From positions 1 to 64,000 of the forward strand of contig JBIOIY010000008.1 in assembly GCA_044450345.1 (NCBI GenBank): DNA of 64,000 nucleotides. The letters are read 5' to 3'. The position numbers and the translations under genes were made by a program. The stretch is from Thermodesulfovibrionales bacterium (lineage in GTDB: Bacteria; Nitrospirota; Thermodesulfovibrionia; Thermodesulfovibrionales; UBA6898). Below are positions 30,364-41,092 of this stretch, in pieces (positions within the stretch are counted from its first letter, which is position 1; each line of letters starts with the position of its first letter). The notes below the pieces were generated by a model. That model was not told where the DNA came from. It was given only the letters and a program-made list of their open reading frames with translations, and did no database searches.

Positions 30364-30690
30364 ATGAAAATGGAATGGGGAAAGACCCTATTTGATGATG
30401 ATACCCATGGAGAAGAATCCGAGGAAAAAACAAAAAGAGATTCTTCACAAATTTACAGGGAGGTCCGGCCATTGGACAGACTGAAAAATCTTGAGGAAAA
30501 AATCACCGCCGCAGTGGAACGTGTAAAGGCGCTGAAGGAAGAGAAGACGAACCTCGAAAGAAAGATAAAGAAACTCGAAGCGCTCCTGGACGAAAAGAAC
30601 CAGGAGGTAGAGTCGTTGAAATCGGAAAAAAGCTCTATCGGCAGCCAAATTGAAGAGCTCTTAAACGAACTCGAAACAACAGAGATCTGA
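30364..30690 (+). CDS. zapB: ZapB-like coiled-coil cell division protein
   Basis: Coiled coil LEEKI..AVE, directly upstream of zapA. Confidence 0.7.
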   Translation: MKMEWGKTLFDDDTHGEESEEKTKRDSSQIYREVRPLDRLKNLEEKITAAVERVKALKEEKTNLERKIKKLEALLDEKNQEVESLKSEKSSIGSQIEELLNELETTEI

Positions 30691-30697
30691 GGCAGAT

Positions 30698-30964
30698 ATG
30701 GGGAGCATCGAGGTCACCATCCTGGGCCAGAAATATACGATAAAGGGAGACGCGCCGGAAGACTATATAAAAGGGCTGGCCTCCTTCGTCGATGAGAAGC
30801 TTAAAGAGGTCTATAATGCCTCGCCGGGTATATCACCCTTAAAGGCCGCAATACTGGCGTCCCTGAACATCGCCGACGAACTGCATAAATTCAAAGAAGC
30901 CCAGGAAAGCATAACCAAGAACATAGAAGAAAGGACCAACGCCCTCACCGGCCTCTTCGATTAG
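30698..30964 (+). CDS. zapA: Cell division protein ZapA
   Basis: VTILGQKY, LASFVD, AILASLNIADEL. Confidence 0.92.
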   Translation: MGSIEVTILGQKYTIKGDAPEDYIKGLASFVDEKLKEVYNASPGISPLKAAILASLNIADELHKFKEAQESITKNIEERTNALTGLFD

Positions 30965-31866
30965 GAGTGCGCTCCGGTCCTATCTCCCCTCTCGTTACGG
31001 CACTCGTCCGGAGACCGCATGTCTTTCTTATTCTCCTTATTTTCCAGTTTTCTGTCCTGTAATACCTTTTCGACGTTTTCGATCTTTAGGTTTCCGTGTT
31101 CAACGAGCTCATGACAGAAGAAGCAGGATATCTGCTTTTTTGTGACGTGCTGCAGGTGAATGAATTCGACGTCCTTGAATTTTTCAGTCCGGTCGACATG
31201 GCAGAAGAAACACCTCTCTTTCGGAACAGTCCCTTCACCTAGCCTGACCGATGTATGGCAGCTGATGCACAAATAACCCTTTTCGAGCGGTCTGGTGTGT
31301 TTAAAGGGAACCCCTTTGTATTGGACGGTCGCCTTCGGTTCGTTGTGGCAGACGGTGCATCGTTTTTTGTGTTCGGTAGTGTCTCTGACGTTCAGATGGC
31401 AGAGGAAACAGACGTTCATCGAGACCTTCATATGCTCACCCTGGACAATGTCGGAGTGGCAGCTGCGACAGTGCAGGTTTATTCCCCTTCGGTGCTGCGT
31501 GAAATGGGGTTTGTGATCGAAGACGATCTTCCACCGTGTAAAAATCACCTTGGATTCTATCAATCTCATCTGATGGCACCCTGCCTGGAGGCACTTTGAA
31601 TCGGGCACATTCGTAAGCGGCCTGGGGTTATAGGTACCCGCCATAAATCGGAGCTGTCCCGAGATTGCGTTCAGGGGGCCGTATTCGTGACATCGCAGAC
31701 ATGGCACCATCTTGTGAGTCGACCTTTCCCATTTATTGTAATAGGGAGAGATGAAATGGCAATATTTACAGATTGCCGGCTGGGCGATCATCACTTCCTT
31801 AACGAAGAAATACGTTATGAGGGAGAAGATGAGCAGGACACTCAAAAATATAACGGTGATTTTCAT
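30961..31866 (-). CDS. Membrane-anchored multiheme cytochrome c (NapC/NirT-like N-terminus)
   Basis: Eight CxxCH plus one CX4CH (CLQAGCH); N-terminal TM helix. Confidence 0.88.
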   Translation of the reverse strand: MKITVIFLSVLLIFSLITYFFVKEVMIAQPAICKYCHFISPYYNKWERSTHKMVPCLRCHEYGPLNAISGQLRFMAGTYNPRPLTNVPDSKCLQAGCHQMRLIESKVIFTRWKIVFDHKPHFTQHRRGINLHCRSCHSDIVQGEHMKVSMNVCFLCHLNVRDTTEHKKRCTVCHNEPKATVQYKGVPFKHTRPLEKGYLCISCHTSVRLGEGTVPKERCFFCHVDRTEKFKDVEFIHLQHVTKKQISCFFCHELVEHGNLKIENVEKVLQDRKLENKENKKDMRSPDECRNERGDRTGAHS

Positions 31867-31999
31867 CGCTGGCGACCTTTTCCGGTCATCGATTATAATA
31901 CATGATCGTCCGTGATTTTTGAATTCACAAATAATAAACAGGTACTTCACTGGAAAAATTATTAAAAATCAAATGGTTGATTTTTTCTTTTTTTTTATC

Positions 32000-32054
32000 T
32001 TGACATGCACAATATGTTGTGGTTTAATTCTTTAAACTATACAAATTGTTGTAA
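32000..32054 (+). promoter_or_regulatory. Sigma70 promoter with two NrdR boxes
   Basis: TTGACA(32000)-17 nt-TTTAAT; GCACAATATGTTGTGG (32007) and ATACAAATTGTTGTAA (32039), 32 bp apart, upstream of an RNR gene. Confidence 0.8.
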
Positions 32055-32108
32055 ACCACCCATTTTAAAAAATGACAATAAAAACTATCAGAGATCGGGG
32101 GACAAGAC

Positions 32109-34346
32109 ATGAATGCTTCTTTTTCTTCTAAAATCAACCTCACGTCCAACTCGCTAAAGGTCCTCGAAAAGAGGTACCTGAAAAAGAACGAGGAGGGAAA
32201 AGTTATCGAGACCGCAGAAGAGCTCTTCAGGCGTATCGCCAGAACGATTGCCTCTGCAGATTTGAAATACGGGAAATCAGAGGACGACGTTGCGCTCCTT
32301 GAGGAAGAGTTCTATGCCATGGTCACATCCCTCGACTTTCTTCCCAACAGCCCAACGCTTATGAACGCAGGAAGGAGACTCGGCCAGCTCTCGGCATGCT
32401 TTGTCCTGCCGGTTGAGGACTCTATGGAGTCAATCTTCGACGCGGTGAAAAACACGGCGATAATTCATAAGTCCGGAGGAGGTACAGGGTTCAGCTTTTC
32501 CAATCTGAGGCCGAGCGGCGACATCGTAGGGTCCACAAAGGGCATATCCTCAGGACCTATCTCCTTCATGACGGTCTTCGATACTGCGACAGAGGCGGTG
32601 AAGCAGGGCGGCACGAGACGCGGGGCCAATATGGGGATACTGCGTGTAGACCACCCCGACATCCTTAATTTCATTACGGCAAAGGACAATAACGCACGCT
32701 TCAATAACTTCAACATCTCGGTCGCTGTCACCGATGAATTCATGCGGGCAGTGAAAGAGGACTCTGAATACGACCTCATAAACCCGAGGACGAAGAAGGT
32801 GGTGCGGAGCCTGAGGGCAAAGGAGGTCTTCGACCAGATCATAACCCACGCATGGAAGAACGGGGAGCCCGGCATTGTCTTCATCGACAGGATCAACAAG
32901 TCGAACCCCACGCCGAAGATCGGCCGGATCGAGTCGACTAATCCCTGCGGGGAGCAGCCGCTTCTGCCGTTCGAGTCCTGCAATCTGGGATCGATAAACC
33001 TCGCAATGATGGTCAAAGACAGCACTGTCGACTACCAGAAGATGAAGAGGATCGTATGGAAGGCGGTCCATTTCCTCGATAACGTCATAGACGTAAACAA
33101 ATATCCGCTTAAGAAAATAGACGAGGTCACCAAATCGAACCGGAAAATAGGCCTGGGCGTAATGGGGTGGGCCGACATGCTCATCCAGATGAATATCCCC
33201 TATAACTCCGACGAAGCGATACGCCTCGCCGAAGAGGTAATGGGTTTCATCCAGAGGGAAGGCAAAACCGCGTCGGCCGCACTCGCCGAAGAGAGGGGGG
33301 TCTTCCCGAACTATGAAGGCAGTATATTCGACGGGAAGATGCGTTTAAGAAACGCAACCGTAACGACGATAGCGCCTACGGGAACGCTCTCGATTATCGC
33401 TGCCTGCTCCTCAGGCGTAGAGCCGCTCTTTGCCGTCTCGTATGTACGGAACGTAATGGAGGGAACAAAACTTATCGAGGTCAACCCTTATTTCGAAAAG
33501 ATCGCGAAAGAGCGCGGCTTCTGGTCGAGAGATCTCATGGAGAGGATCGCTGACAGGGGCTCCCTCCACGACTTCTCCGAGATACCCGAAGACGTAAAGG
33601 CCGTCTTCGTTACCGCCCATGACATTACACCGATGGAGCATATTGCCATGCAGGCCGCCTTCCAGAGGTATGTCGACAACGCGGTCTCGAAGACTGTCAA
33701 CTTCTCCCATGACGCCTCACCCAAAGACGTGGAGGACGCATACATGCTCGCCTATAAGCTCGATTGCAAGGGCGTCACTGTCTACCGGGACGGTTCGAGG
33801 GAAGAGCAGGTGCTCTCCACAGGCAAGACCAAGAAAGATGAGGCGGAGCCCGCACGGTCCGACCGGATGAAGATCGTGCCGAGGAAAAGGCCCGAAAACA
33901 TCAAGGGCGAAACAAGGGGGATGAAGACCGGCTGCGGCAACATATACGTAACTGTGAACGAGGACGAGAACGGCCAGGTCTTCGAGCTCTTCACCCATAT
34001 GGGCAAGGCAGGGGGATGCGCCGCAAGCCAGGCAGAGGCTATCGGCAGGCTCGTAAGCCTCGCACTCCGCTCCAATATAGAGCCCGAGGTAATAATCAGC
34101 CAGCTCAAGGGCATCACCTGCCATGAGCAGACATGGACAAACGGCGGCAAGATCACTTCCTGTTCGGACGCGATCGCAAAGGCCCTCGAAAAATATCTCG
34201 AGAGGGGCGAAAAAGGAAACGGCCATGGCGGAAACGGCCATGGCGAGGTAATGCGCATAGGGCAGTGTCCCGAATGCGGCGGAGCGGTCGAGCACGAAGG
34301 AGGGTGCGCGGTCTGCCGTAGCTGTGGATTTACGAAATGCGGATGA
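32109..34346 (+). CDS. nrdJ: Class II (B12-dependent) ribonucleotide reductase with C-terminal TSCPD/zinc-ribbon region
   Basis: PNSPTLMNAG, RRGANMG, TNPCGEQ, TIAPTGT, KGVTVYRDG, TSCSD, CPECG..CRSCG. Confidence 0.95.
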   Translation: MNASFSSKINLTSNSLKVLEKRYLKKNEEGKVIETAEELFRRIARTIASADLKYGKSEDDVALLEEEFYAMVTSLDFLPNSPTLMNAGRRLGQLSACFVLPVEDSMESIFDAVKNTAIIHKSGGGTGFSFSNLRPSGDIVGSTKGISSGPISFMTVFDTATEAVKQGGTRRGANMGILRVDHPDILNFITAKDNNARFNNFNISVAVTDEFMRAVKEDSEYDLINPRTKKVVRSLRAKEVFDQIITHAWKNGEPGIVFIDRINKSNPTPKIGRIESTNPCGEQPLLPFESCNLGSINLAMMVKDSTVDYQKMKRIVWKAVHFLDNVIDVNKYPLKKIDEVTKSNRKIGLGVMGWADMLIQMNIPYNSDEAIRLAEEVMGFIQREGKTASAALAEERGVFPNYEGSIFDGKMRLRNATVTTIAPTGTLSIIAACSSGVEPLFAVSYVRNVMEGTKLIEVNPYFEKIAKERGFWSRDLMERIADRGSLHDFSEIPEDVKAVFVTAHDITPMEHIAMQAAFQRYVDNAVSKTVNFSHDASPKDVEDAYMLAYKLDCKGVTVYRDGSREEQVLSTGKTKKDEAEPARSDRMKIVPRKRPENIKGETRGMKTGCGNIYVTVNEDENGQVFELFTHMGKAGGCAASQAEAIGRLVSLALRSNIEPEVIISQLKGITCHEQTWTNGGKITSCSDAIAKALEKYLERGEKGNGHGGNGHGEVMRIGQCPECGGAVEHEGGCAVCRSCGFTKCG

Positions 34347-34594
34347 GAAGGTAACGCATGAAGTCTTATACCCATGCGTGCATCTTTATTATCAGAAGGC
34401 TTCCGCTCATTTCAATTACAAGATAATCGGGAGTGCGGTTGATCATTTACGACCACAAGGCCGCCGCCCATTCCAGGTATAGGGTCTCCCGGTACGCAGA
34501 AGACCGGGGCGAAAAGACCGTCGGGCCCGCCGCAGAAAAAAAATAGCGACAATCAAGAAGCACGTGAGAAGCTACACGCGTATCTCGATCCTGA

Positions 34595-34885
34595 ATGAAG
34601 GGTAATGGGTTGACTAGAAAAATTCCGGAAGAATTTAAAGGGAAGGAACTTGCCCCTCTCTGTCTGGCCTCAACACCGCATGAGGCCGAAGAGATAGAGA
34701 AGGCGCTCAATAAGGCGGGCATGGATTACACCTTCGATATTACGCCTCTTCCCCAGGAAGGCGTTTTCAACATGCTTTTCGGCAGTCCCAAAGAAGGGGT
34801 CATGTTCCTCGTGCCGACTGAAAACTTCGAATCATGCGTCACACTGTTGGCCGAGGCAGGACTATCACATCTCATTATCGAATAA
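34595..34885 (+). CDS. Hypothetical protein (DUF2007-like)
   Basis: EAEEIEKAL..AG pattern; start uncertain. Confidence 0.6.
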   Translation: MKGNGLTRKIPEEFKGKELAPLCLASTPHEAEEIEKALNKAGMDYTFDITPLPQEGVFNMLFGSPKEGVMFLVPTENFESCVTLLAEAGLSHLIIE

Positions 34886-34969
34886 GGAACACTATGAACC
34901 ACACACAGTTTATTTTTAATGCATGAAAAATAGTGCAAAAAAATCTTCTCTTGCCGCCGATATCTCTTA

Positions 34970-36142
34970 ATGCGAAAGTTCGACCTCAAGGTCCTTATCC
35001 TCCTCTCCCTCGGGCATCTCTCTACAGACATCTATCAGGGGGCATTGCCGGCAATACTGCCTTTCCTGAAGGCAAAGCTCTCGCTGTCATATGCGATGGC
35101 CGGCCTTGTCATGCTCGCCTCTAACTTCACCTCTTCGGTCATTCAGCCGCTCTTCGGGTATATTTCCGATAAAGAGGAAAGGCCCCTCTTGCTTCCCCTT
35201 GGCTGCCTCGTCGCGGGTATCGGGTTTTCACTTCTCTCATTCTCTTCCAGCTATATCATTGTTCTGGCACTTGTGGTGATCAGCGGCCTCGGCGTAGCCT
35301 CTTACCACCCCGAGGGGTTCAAGACCGCTTACTATTTCACGGGACAGAGGGCTGCCACAGGGATGTCTGTCTTTTCTGTGGGCGGTAACCTGGGGTTCGC
35401 CCTCGGCCCTGTCTTTTCCATATACCTCATCACCCATTTCGGGTTGTCCTCTCTTCCTGCGATGATTACCCCTTCGCTTTTCTTCCTGACTGCAGTCATT
35501 TTTTTCTGGAAGACCCTCGCAATCCCGAAGACGGAGAGAGGCCCCAGGAGAGAGGAAAAACAAGGGATCACGAAGGGCGCGACCGTCTCTTTGGTGTTTC
35601 TCATCCTGACCGTCGTCATAAGGTCATGGACACATGCCGGCCTTACCACGTACATCCCTTTTTATTATATAGACTATCTCAAGGGCGACCCTATTTATGC
35701 CGGAAAACTCGTTTCCGTATTTCTCCTCGGAGGAGTTGCAGGGACCTTGCTGGGCTCCCCTTTAGCGGACAGGTGGGGACACAAGCGGTATCTCGTCTTT
35801 TCACTTGCGTGCACCTCACTCCTGTTGCCTCTCATCTTTTCCGTAAGGGGGTATCTGCTGTTCCTTGTCCTCGGGACAATCGGGATGGTCCTCATTTCTT
35901 CCTTTACCGTCACGATAGTTATGGCGCAGAAACTCCTGCCGGGCAATCTTGGGATCGCATCCGGGCTGATGGTCGGTTTTGCGATCGGCACGGGAGGAGT
36001 AGGGGTAACGATACTCGGGGTTTTCGCCGACCACTACGGGGTCCCGGCCGCGCTGAAATCGATAACAATCCTGCCCTTTATCGGCCTCGCCATAAGCATT
36101 CTTCTCAAATATCCCCAGGGCAAACAGGTGAGTAGTAAATAG
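34970..36142 (+). CDS. MFS transporter (Fsr-like)
   Basis: Many TM helices; QPLFGYISD, YHPEG, SVGGNLG. Confidence 0.92.
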   Translation: MRKFDLKVLILLSLGHLSTDIYQGALPAILPFLKAKLSLSYAMAGLVMLASNFTSSVIQPLFGYISDKEERPLLLPLGCLVAGIGFSLLSFSSSYIIVLALVVISGLGVASYHPEGFKTAYYFTGQRAATGMSVFSVGGNLGFALGPVFSIYLITHFGLSSLPAMITPSLFFLTAVIFFWKTLAIPKTERGPRREEKQGITKGATVSLVFLILTVVIRSWTHAGLTTYIPFYYIDYLKGDPIYAGKLVSVFLLGGVAGTLLGSPLADRWGHKRYLVFSLACTSLLLPLIFSVRGYLLFLVLGTIGMVLISSFTVTIVMAQKLLPGNLGIASGLMVGFAIGTGGVGVTILGVFADHYGVPAALKSITILPFIGLAISILLKYPQGKQVSSK

Positions 36143-36164
36143 TAAGTAGTGAATGGTAAAAGTG
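36128..36164. repeat. Heptamer tandem repeat GT(G/A)A(G/A)TA containing the MFS stop codon
   Basis: gtgagta gtaaata gtaagta gtgaatg gtaaaa. Confidence 0.7.
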
Positions 36165-36166
36165 GA

Positions 36167-37138
36167 TCAGTTGGGCTTCTTAGTGCCGGTTATCAATACG
36201 GTCTCGTCAAGGACCTTTTCCTCGATGCCCCTGAAACCGGCCTTTTTCATCCAGGAAGACATTTCATTCGGAGTATAGGTCCTTCCGTTCGGGGTGTTCA
36301 CCAGCATATTGATCGCAAAGACAGCACCCTGCAGGGGGTTTGCCTTCGACTCGTCAAGATAAAATTCCTGGACAACCACCCGCCCCCCCTTGTTCAGCGA
36401 GGCTCGGCACTTCTTGAGCAGCGAAATGCACTCATCAGCGGCATAGGCATGAAAGATCTGTGAAATAAAAATCATATCGTACCCGCTGCCAAGCTCATCT
36501 TTCATGAAATCGCCGGAAAGAAGTTTTATATTCCTTTCCTCTCCGGCTGCAGCGATCACCCTCTTTGAGATCCTGAGGGTATCGGGAAAATCGAGGAGCG
36601 TCACGTCCATCCCTTTCTTGGCAAAAGCGATTGAATAGGTACCTGGTCCACCACCGAGGTCCAACACCTTTTTCATGCCCTTTACGTAGAGGTTCTTCAG
36701 AACTCCCCTTACTTTTTGCAGGGCAAGGTTGTGCATACCGAGGATGAACGATTCGTGATCGTGGGATTTCTTATAAGGCCGTCCTGTTTTTACTACAATG
36801 TCCAGACCGGACCAGTTGTCCCAGAGGATAGTATTGTGCTTCAGGATATCTCCCTGGTAATCAGGCTTCCCCTTTACGAGATACCGCGACGCAACCGCCG
36901 CGTTCCTGTACTTCCCGTCTTTCTTTTCCAGTAGCCCTATGGAGACAAGGCTGTTGAGGAGGAGTCCGGTCGCCCTTCCGTCAGTCCCGATCCTCTTCGA
37001 AAGCGCTGCGGCAGTCTTGCCGCTTCCTTCGAGGTCGTCGAATATGCGGTAATTGTTCGCGGTGAGAATGATCCTCGAAGGCGCAAAGGCTGATATGCGT
37101 CTCAACCAGCCGAGGTCCTTCGGGGTTTTTGGGTTCAC
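36167..37138 (-). CDS. SAM-dependent O-methyltransferase with dimerisation domain
   Basis: VLDLGGGPG, GDFM. Confidence 0.9.
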   Translation of the reverse strand: MNPKTPKDLGWLRRISAFAPSRIILTANNYRIFDDLEGSGKTAAALSKRIGTDGRATGLLLNSLVSIGLLEKKDGKYRNAAVASRYLVKGKPDYQGDILKHNTILWDNWSGLDIVVKTGRPYKKSHDHESFILGMHNLALQKVRGVLKNLYVKGMKKVLDLGGGPGTYSIAFAKKGMDVTLLDFPDTLRISKRVIAAAGEERNIKLLSGDFMKDELGSGYDMIFISQIFHAYAADECISLLKKCRASLNKGGRVVVQEFYLDESKANPLQGAVFAINMLVNTPNGRTYTPNEMSSWMKKAGFRGIEEKVLDETVLITGTKKPN

Positions 37139-37809
37139 GATATACGGTCCGTATAGACCTTGATCTTCAGCCCCCTCTTCATCCCTTCGATATAAGTCCT
37201 CACTGCCGCCGCTTTCGCATTCTCTATCGTCGCGTCCTGCAGCGCCTTCGTGCTCTGATCATCGGATGCCGAGATCTTCGCAAGTTCATCGGGAGAAGGG
37301 ACAGACGCCGACAGTTCGACAAGCCGCCTCATTTTTGCCAGGGTCAATTCCTGCCTTTTAGCGGCCTCGTAGACCTCGGGAGTGAGCCTCATCAGTCTCA
37401 GCCTGTTTTGGTAGACCTCGCTGTCAAACGACCCGCTCTTCATGAACGCAGGCTCGTTCTTTATAGCCTCATTCAGCTCATCGTCCGTTACCGCAATGCC
37501 GTTTTCTTTGGCCGCGATAAGGAGTACCCTGTTATCGACAAGCGAATACAGCACGCCTTCCTTAAGTTTGAGCTTCTTTTGCATCTCTTCGTCGAATTTT
37601 TCCTTGTACATGTCTCTGTAGAAATTGAACATCCTGTCATACGTCCGCCAGTATTCTTCGCCCGTTATCTTGTATTTCCCGACTTCCGCTACGATATTAC
37701 TCCTATCCGACTTGTCCACCGTGCCCACTCCCCAGAAAACGAACGAAAGTATCACGATGAAAAAGAGCACATAAAAGTATTTTGCGTGATGACGCATCAC
37801 CTTGAGCAT
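37135..37809 (-). CDS. SurA N-terminal domain protein (short PpiD-like)
   Basis: MLKVMR..VILSFVFWGVG, VAEVG..IT, VTDDEL. Confidence 0.85.
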   Translation of the reverse strand: MLKVMRHHAKYFYVLFFIVILSFVFWGVGTVDKSDRSNIVAEVGKYKITGEEYWRTYDRMFNFYRDMYKEKFDEEMQKKLKLKEGVLYSLVDNRVLLIAAKENGIAVTDDELNEAIKNEPAFMKSGSFDSEVYQNRLRLMRLTPEVYEAAKRQELTLAKMRRLVELSASVPSPDELAKISASDDQSTKALQDATIENAKAAAVRTYIEGMKRGLKIKVYTDRIS

Positions 37810-37813
37810 CTGA

Positions 37814-38221
37814 TCAATACCTCCCTGTAATGTAATCTTCGAGAATCTGCCTGTGGTCGAAGGCCAGGTTATCAGGCAGGTCCAGTCCACTGAAAACGCC
37901 TATTGCTGCCGCATCGTCTCCGGCCGCATATTCTCCCTCGGCCTTGGCTAAAAAAACCGTTGATATGGTATGTTGTCTCGGGTCCCGGTGCGGGTCTGAA
38001 TAGCTGTGAAACTGCCGGACCAGCCCCACGTCCAGCCCCGTCTCTTCCTTCGCCTCGCGGACCGCAGCGTCCTCAAGGGTCTCCCCGTAATCGACAAATC
38101 CGCCGGGAAGGGCCCAGCCCTCGGGAGGGTTCTTCCTCTTGATCAAAACAATACCGGCCGCGTATTTGATGATAATGTCTACTGTCGGGACCGGGTTCCT
38201 GTGCTCACTGCTCGTTTTCAA
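37814..38221 (-). CDS. NUDIX hydrolase
   Basis: [24 protein letters not shown]. Confidence 0.95.
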   Translation of the reverse strand: MKTSSEHRNPVPTVDIIIKYAAGIVLIKRKNPPEGWALPGGFVDYGETLEDAAVREAKEETGLDVGLVRQFHSYSDPHRDPRQHTISTVFLAKAEGEYAAGDDAAAIGVFSGLDLPDNLAFDHRQILEDYITGRY

Positions 38222-38441
38222 ACCTGGTGTCTATGTCCCTTTCAGGCACGATAGTGGAGACCGCATGCTTGTAAACGAGCTGCTGGGTCGCCTCCTTCAA
38301 AAGGATGACGAAATTATCGAATGCCTTTACCACTCCTTTCAGACGTACACCGTTCGTCAGATAGACCACAACCGGTATCTTGTCCTTCCGGAGTTGGTTC
38401 AGATAATTGTCCTGGAGACTCTGGCTCTTGCTGGTGGTCAT
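38205..38441 (-). CDS. hfq: RNA chaperone Hfq
   Basis: [32 protein letters not shown]. Confidence 0.97.
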   Translation of the reverse strand: MTTSKSQSLQDNYLNQLRKDKIPVVVYLTNGVRLKGVVKAFDNFVILLKEATQQLVYKHAVSTIVPERDIDTRFENEQ

Positions 38442-38510
38442 CCCCTATCCCCCTATCTTTGTAGGTTTTTTTCTTTCATAGTTTTATTTACCATAAATTA
38501 TTTTTCTTAA

Positions 38511-39419
38511 TTATTCAAGCGCTTTCATTATTTCCCTGAAAATGTCCATACTTTTAAACATCCCGGTCACTTCTATCCACTTGATCCCTTCTTCTTTTTT
38601 AAACCACGCAAACTGCCTTTTGGCATATCTCCTCGTGTTCCTCTTGACGAGCCTGACCGCCTCATCCATCGAAATTTCGCCCCTCACGCAGGATATGATC
38701 TCCTTATATCCGATCGCCTGCAAAGGGGTCCTGTCCGGCGTCTTTGTGACGAGTCCCTTCACTTCTTCCAACAGCCCCTCTTCAAGCATGCGGTCGACCC
38801 GGTGATCTATCATCCTGTAGAGTTCCTCTCTTTTTCTCGTAAGACCGATCTTTATGAAGTCGTAGGGAAGGGGTCTTGTAAGCCTCTCCTGAAGAACGGA
38901 CATCCTGTCTTTACCCTTAAGACAGACCTCTAACGCCCTCACGGTCCGCCTCGTGTCATTACGTTCGATTCTCATGGCAGCGTCCGGATCGACCTTCAGA
39001 AGATATTCGTAGAGGAAGCCCTGTTCAACACCCTCGGCCAAAAGAAGTTCCTCCCTCAGGTCCCAGTCCGCGGAAGGGCCGCTGAAGATGCCTCGCGTGA
39101 CGGCCTTGATATAGAGCCCCGTTCCTCCGACGATAAGGGGCACCTTCCCCCTCGCACGGAGGTCCTCAATGATCGGGGCAATCTTCTTTATATACTCGCC
39201 CGCACTATACGGCCCGGTGGGATCGGCGATATCTATCATATGGTGTGTAACTGCCGCCCTTTCCGCTTCCGAAGGCTTTGCGGTCCCGATGTCCATCCCC
39301 CTGTAAATCTGCATCGAGTCTGCGCTGATTATCTCGGTATCGAGGGCCTGGGCAAGCAATATCGAGGCGCCCGTTTTGCCGACCCCTGTCGGCCCGAGAA
39401 GGATGATGACCTTCTTCAT
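38511..39419 (-). CDS. miaA: tRNA dimethylallyltransferase
   Basis: GPTGVGKT, DSMQIY, DIGTAKP, IGYKE, YAKRQ. Confidence 0.97.
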   Translation of the reverse strand: MKKVIILLGPTGVGKTGASILLAQALDTEIISADSMQIYRGMDIGTAKPSEAERAAVTHHMIDIADPTGPYSAGEYIKKIAPIIEDLRARGKVPLIVGGTGLYIKAVTRGIFSGPSADWDLREELLLAEGVEQGFLYEYLLKVDPDAAMRIERNDTRRTVRALEVCLKGKDRMSVLQERLTRPLPYDFIKIGLTRKREELYRMIDHRVDRMLEEGLLEEVKGLVTKTPDRTPLQAIGYKEIISCVRGEISMDEAVRLVKRNTRRYAKRQFAWFKKEEGIKWIEVTGMFKSMDIFREIMKALE

Positions 39420-41092
39420 TTCCTCTTGAACATCTTCTTCAAGTCGTCAAGGGAATAAAAGATCCTTGTGGGTCTTCCATGCGGGCACTGGTCGGGATGC
39501 TCTGTCTGTTCAAGGTCCGCAAGGAGACCCGAAACCTCTTCACGGTTTAATATCTCCCGGCCGCGGACAGAACTGTGACAGGCGATCCTTGCGGCAAGCG
39601 ACTCCTTAAGAGACATTCCTCCGCGGGGTTCCCCGATAAAGACTGAAGCTGCATCTGAAAGCACCCCTCTTAAATCAGCTTCGCCCAGATCGTGGGGGAC
39701 AGAACGGACGACGATCGTATCGTGCCCGAAATCATCCAGCTCGATGCCCATTTCCTGTAAGAGACTTTTATTTTCGAGCAATATCCTGTACTCCCCTTGA
39801 GAAAGCTTCACCTGTTGAGGAAACAAAAGATGACGGGATTGCAGCCCTACGCTCCTCAGAAGCCGCTCGTAAAGCACCCTTTCGTGTGCAGCGTGGTGGT
39901 CTATAAGGGTCAGCCCGCCCTTGCCGGAAAGCGCTATAAACGTGTCGCCGAGATAGATGAACGGCAGCTCCGGTCTGTACGCGAGTTCTGTATTTTCGGA
40001 TACCATGGTCCCCTGCAAAAGAGGAGATGAGGATAAGGGATACACCGACTGAAATCTTTCTTCTTTGCCGCCGGGAGGTTCAAGAAAAGGCCCTGTAAAA
40101 TCCTTCCTCCCGCTTTTCACGGTCTCCCTCACATGGGCATTTACGAACCGGTAGATCATCTCTTTTTCCTCAAACCTCACCTCCCGCTTCGCAGGGTGCA
40201 CATTAAAATCGACCCTTCGAGGGTCCAGTTCCAGGAATAGAAAGAATATCGGATGTTTATCATTCGGGAGTATGCCCTCATACCCGCCGTACACCGCATG
40301 GGAAAGGGACTGGTCTTTTATGGGACGGTCGTTGATGAATATGAATTGATGGGACCTGCTGTTTCTGAAGCTGCCGGACTTCGAAATAAAGGCGTGCAGT
40401 CCCATTCCGTTCTGCACCGCAGAGACCTCGGCAAGTCCTCCGGCAAACTCTTCCCCGTATATCTGCATTATCCGCTCCCTGATGCCTGACGCCTTAGGCA
40501 GGAGCATCGTCTCGCGGCCTTCGGTGAGCAGCATGAAATGTATGCCGCAATGAGAGAGCGCCTCTTTTGTGACGATATCAATAATATGAAGGACCTCAGT
40601 GGTGGTCGACTTGAGGAATTTTTTTCGTGCGGGTGTATTAAAAAAGAGTTCCCTTATCTCCATGGATGTACCGGAGAAAGAAGACTCTCTGTCCTCCTTT
40701 ATCTCACCGCCGTGAAGTTCCACGGTGATACCGGCACGGGCGCCCTTCAGCCCCGTTACAAGCTTTACCTTTGAGACCGATGCGATCGAGGGGAGCGCCT
40801 CTCCCCTGAAGCCGAGTGTCCTTATATTAAAGAGGTCGTCTTCTCCCGAAAGTTTGCTGGTCGCATGACGTTCAAAACAGAGGATGGCGTCCTCCCTTTC
40901 CATCCCCGGGCCGTTATCAGAGACCTTTATCAGCCTCTTCCCGCCGGCAAGCACTTCGATCCTGATCTCAGTGCTTCCGGCGTCGATAGAGTTTTCGATA
41001 AGCTCCTTTACCACAGAGGCCGGCCGCTCTATCACCTCTCCGGCGGCTATCTTGTTTCTTACGTCGACAGGAAGGACCTTAATTTTTGCCAT
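39416..41092 (-). CDS. mutL: DNA mismatch repair protein MutL
   Basis: IAAGEVIERP, GFRGEAL, DHHAAHERVLYE, CPHGRP. Confidence 0.97.
   Translation of the reverse strand: MAKIKVLPVDVRNKIAAGEVIERPASVVKELIENSIDAGSTEIRIEVLAGGKRLIKVSDNGPGMEREDAILCFERHATSKLSGEDDLFNIRTLGFRGEALPSIASVSKVKLVTGLKGARAGITVELHGGEIKEDRESSFSGTSMEIRELFFNTPARKKFLKSTTTEVLHIIDIVTKEALSHCGIHFMLLTEGRETMLLPKASGIRERIMQIYGEEFAGGLAEVSAVQNGMGLHAFISKSGSFRNSRSHQFIFINDRPIKDQSLSHAVYGGYEGILPNDKHPIFFLFLELDPRRVDFNVHPAKREVRFEEKEMIYRFVNAHVRETVKSGRKDFTGPFLEPPGGKEERFQSVYPLSSSPLLQGTMVSENTELAYRPELPFIYLGDTFIALSGKGGLTLIDHHAAHERVLYERLLRSVGLQSRHLLFPQQVKLSQGEYRILLENKSLLQEMGIELDDFGHDTIVVRSVPHDLGEADLRGVLSDAASVFIGEPRGGMSLKESLAARIACHSSVRGREILNREEVSGLLADLEQTEHPDQCPHGRPTRIFYSLDDLKKMFKRK

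Noticed and set aside
34347..34594. Cobalamin riboswitch or small gene after nrdJ
   Set aside because: No B12-box consensus, it lies on the wrong side of the gene, and the short ORFs lack support
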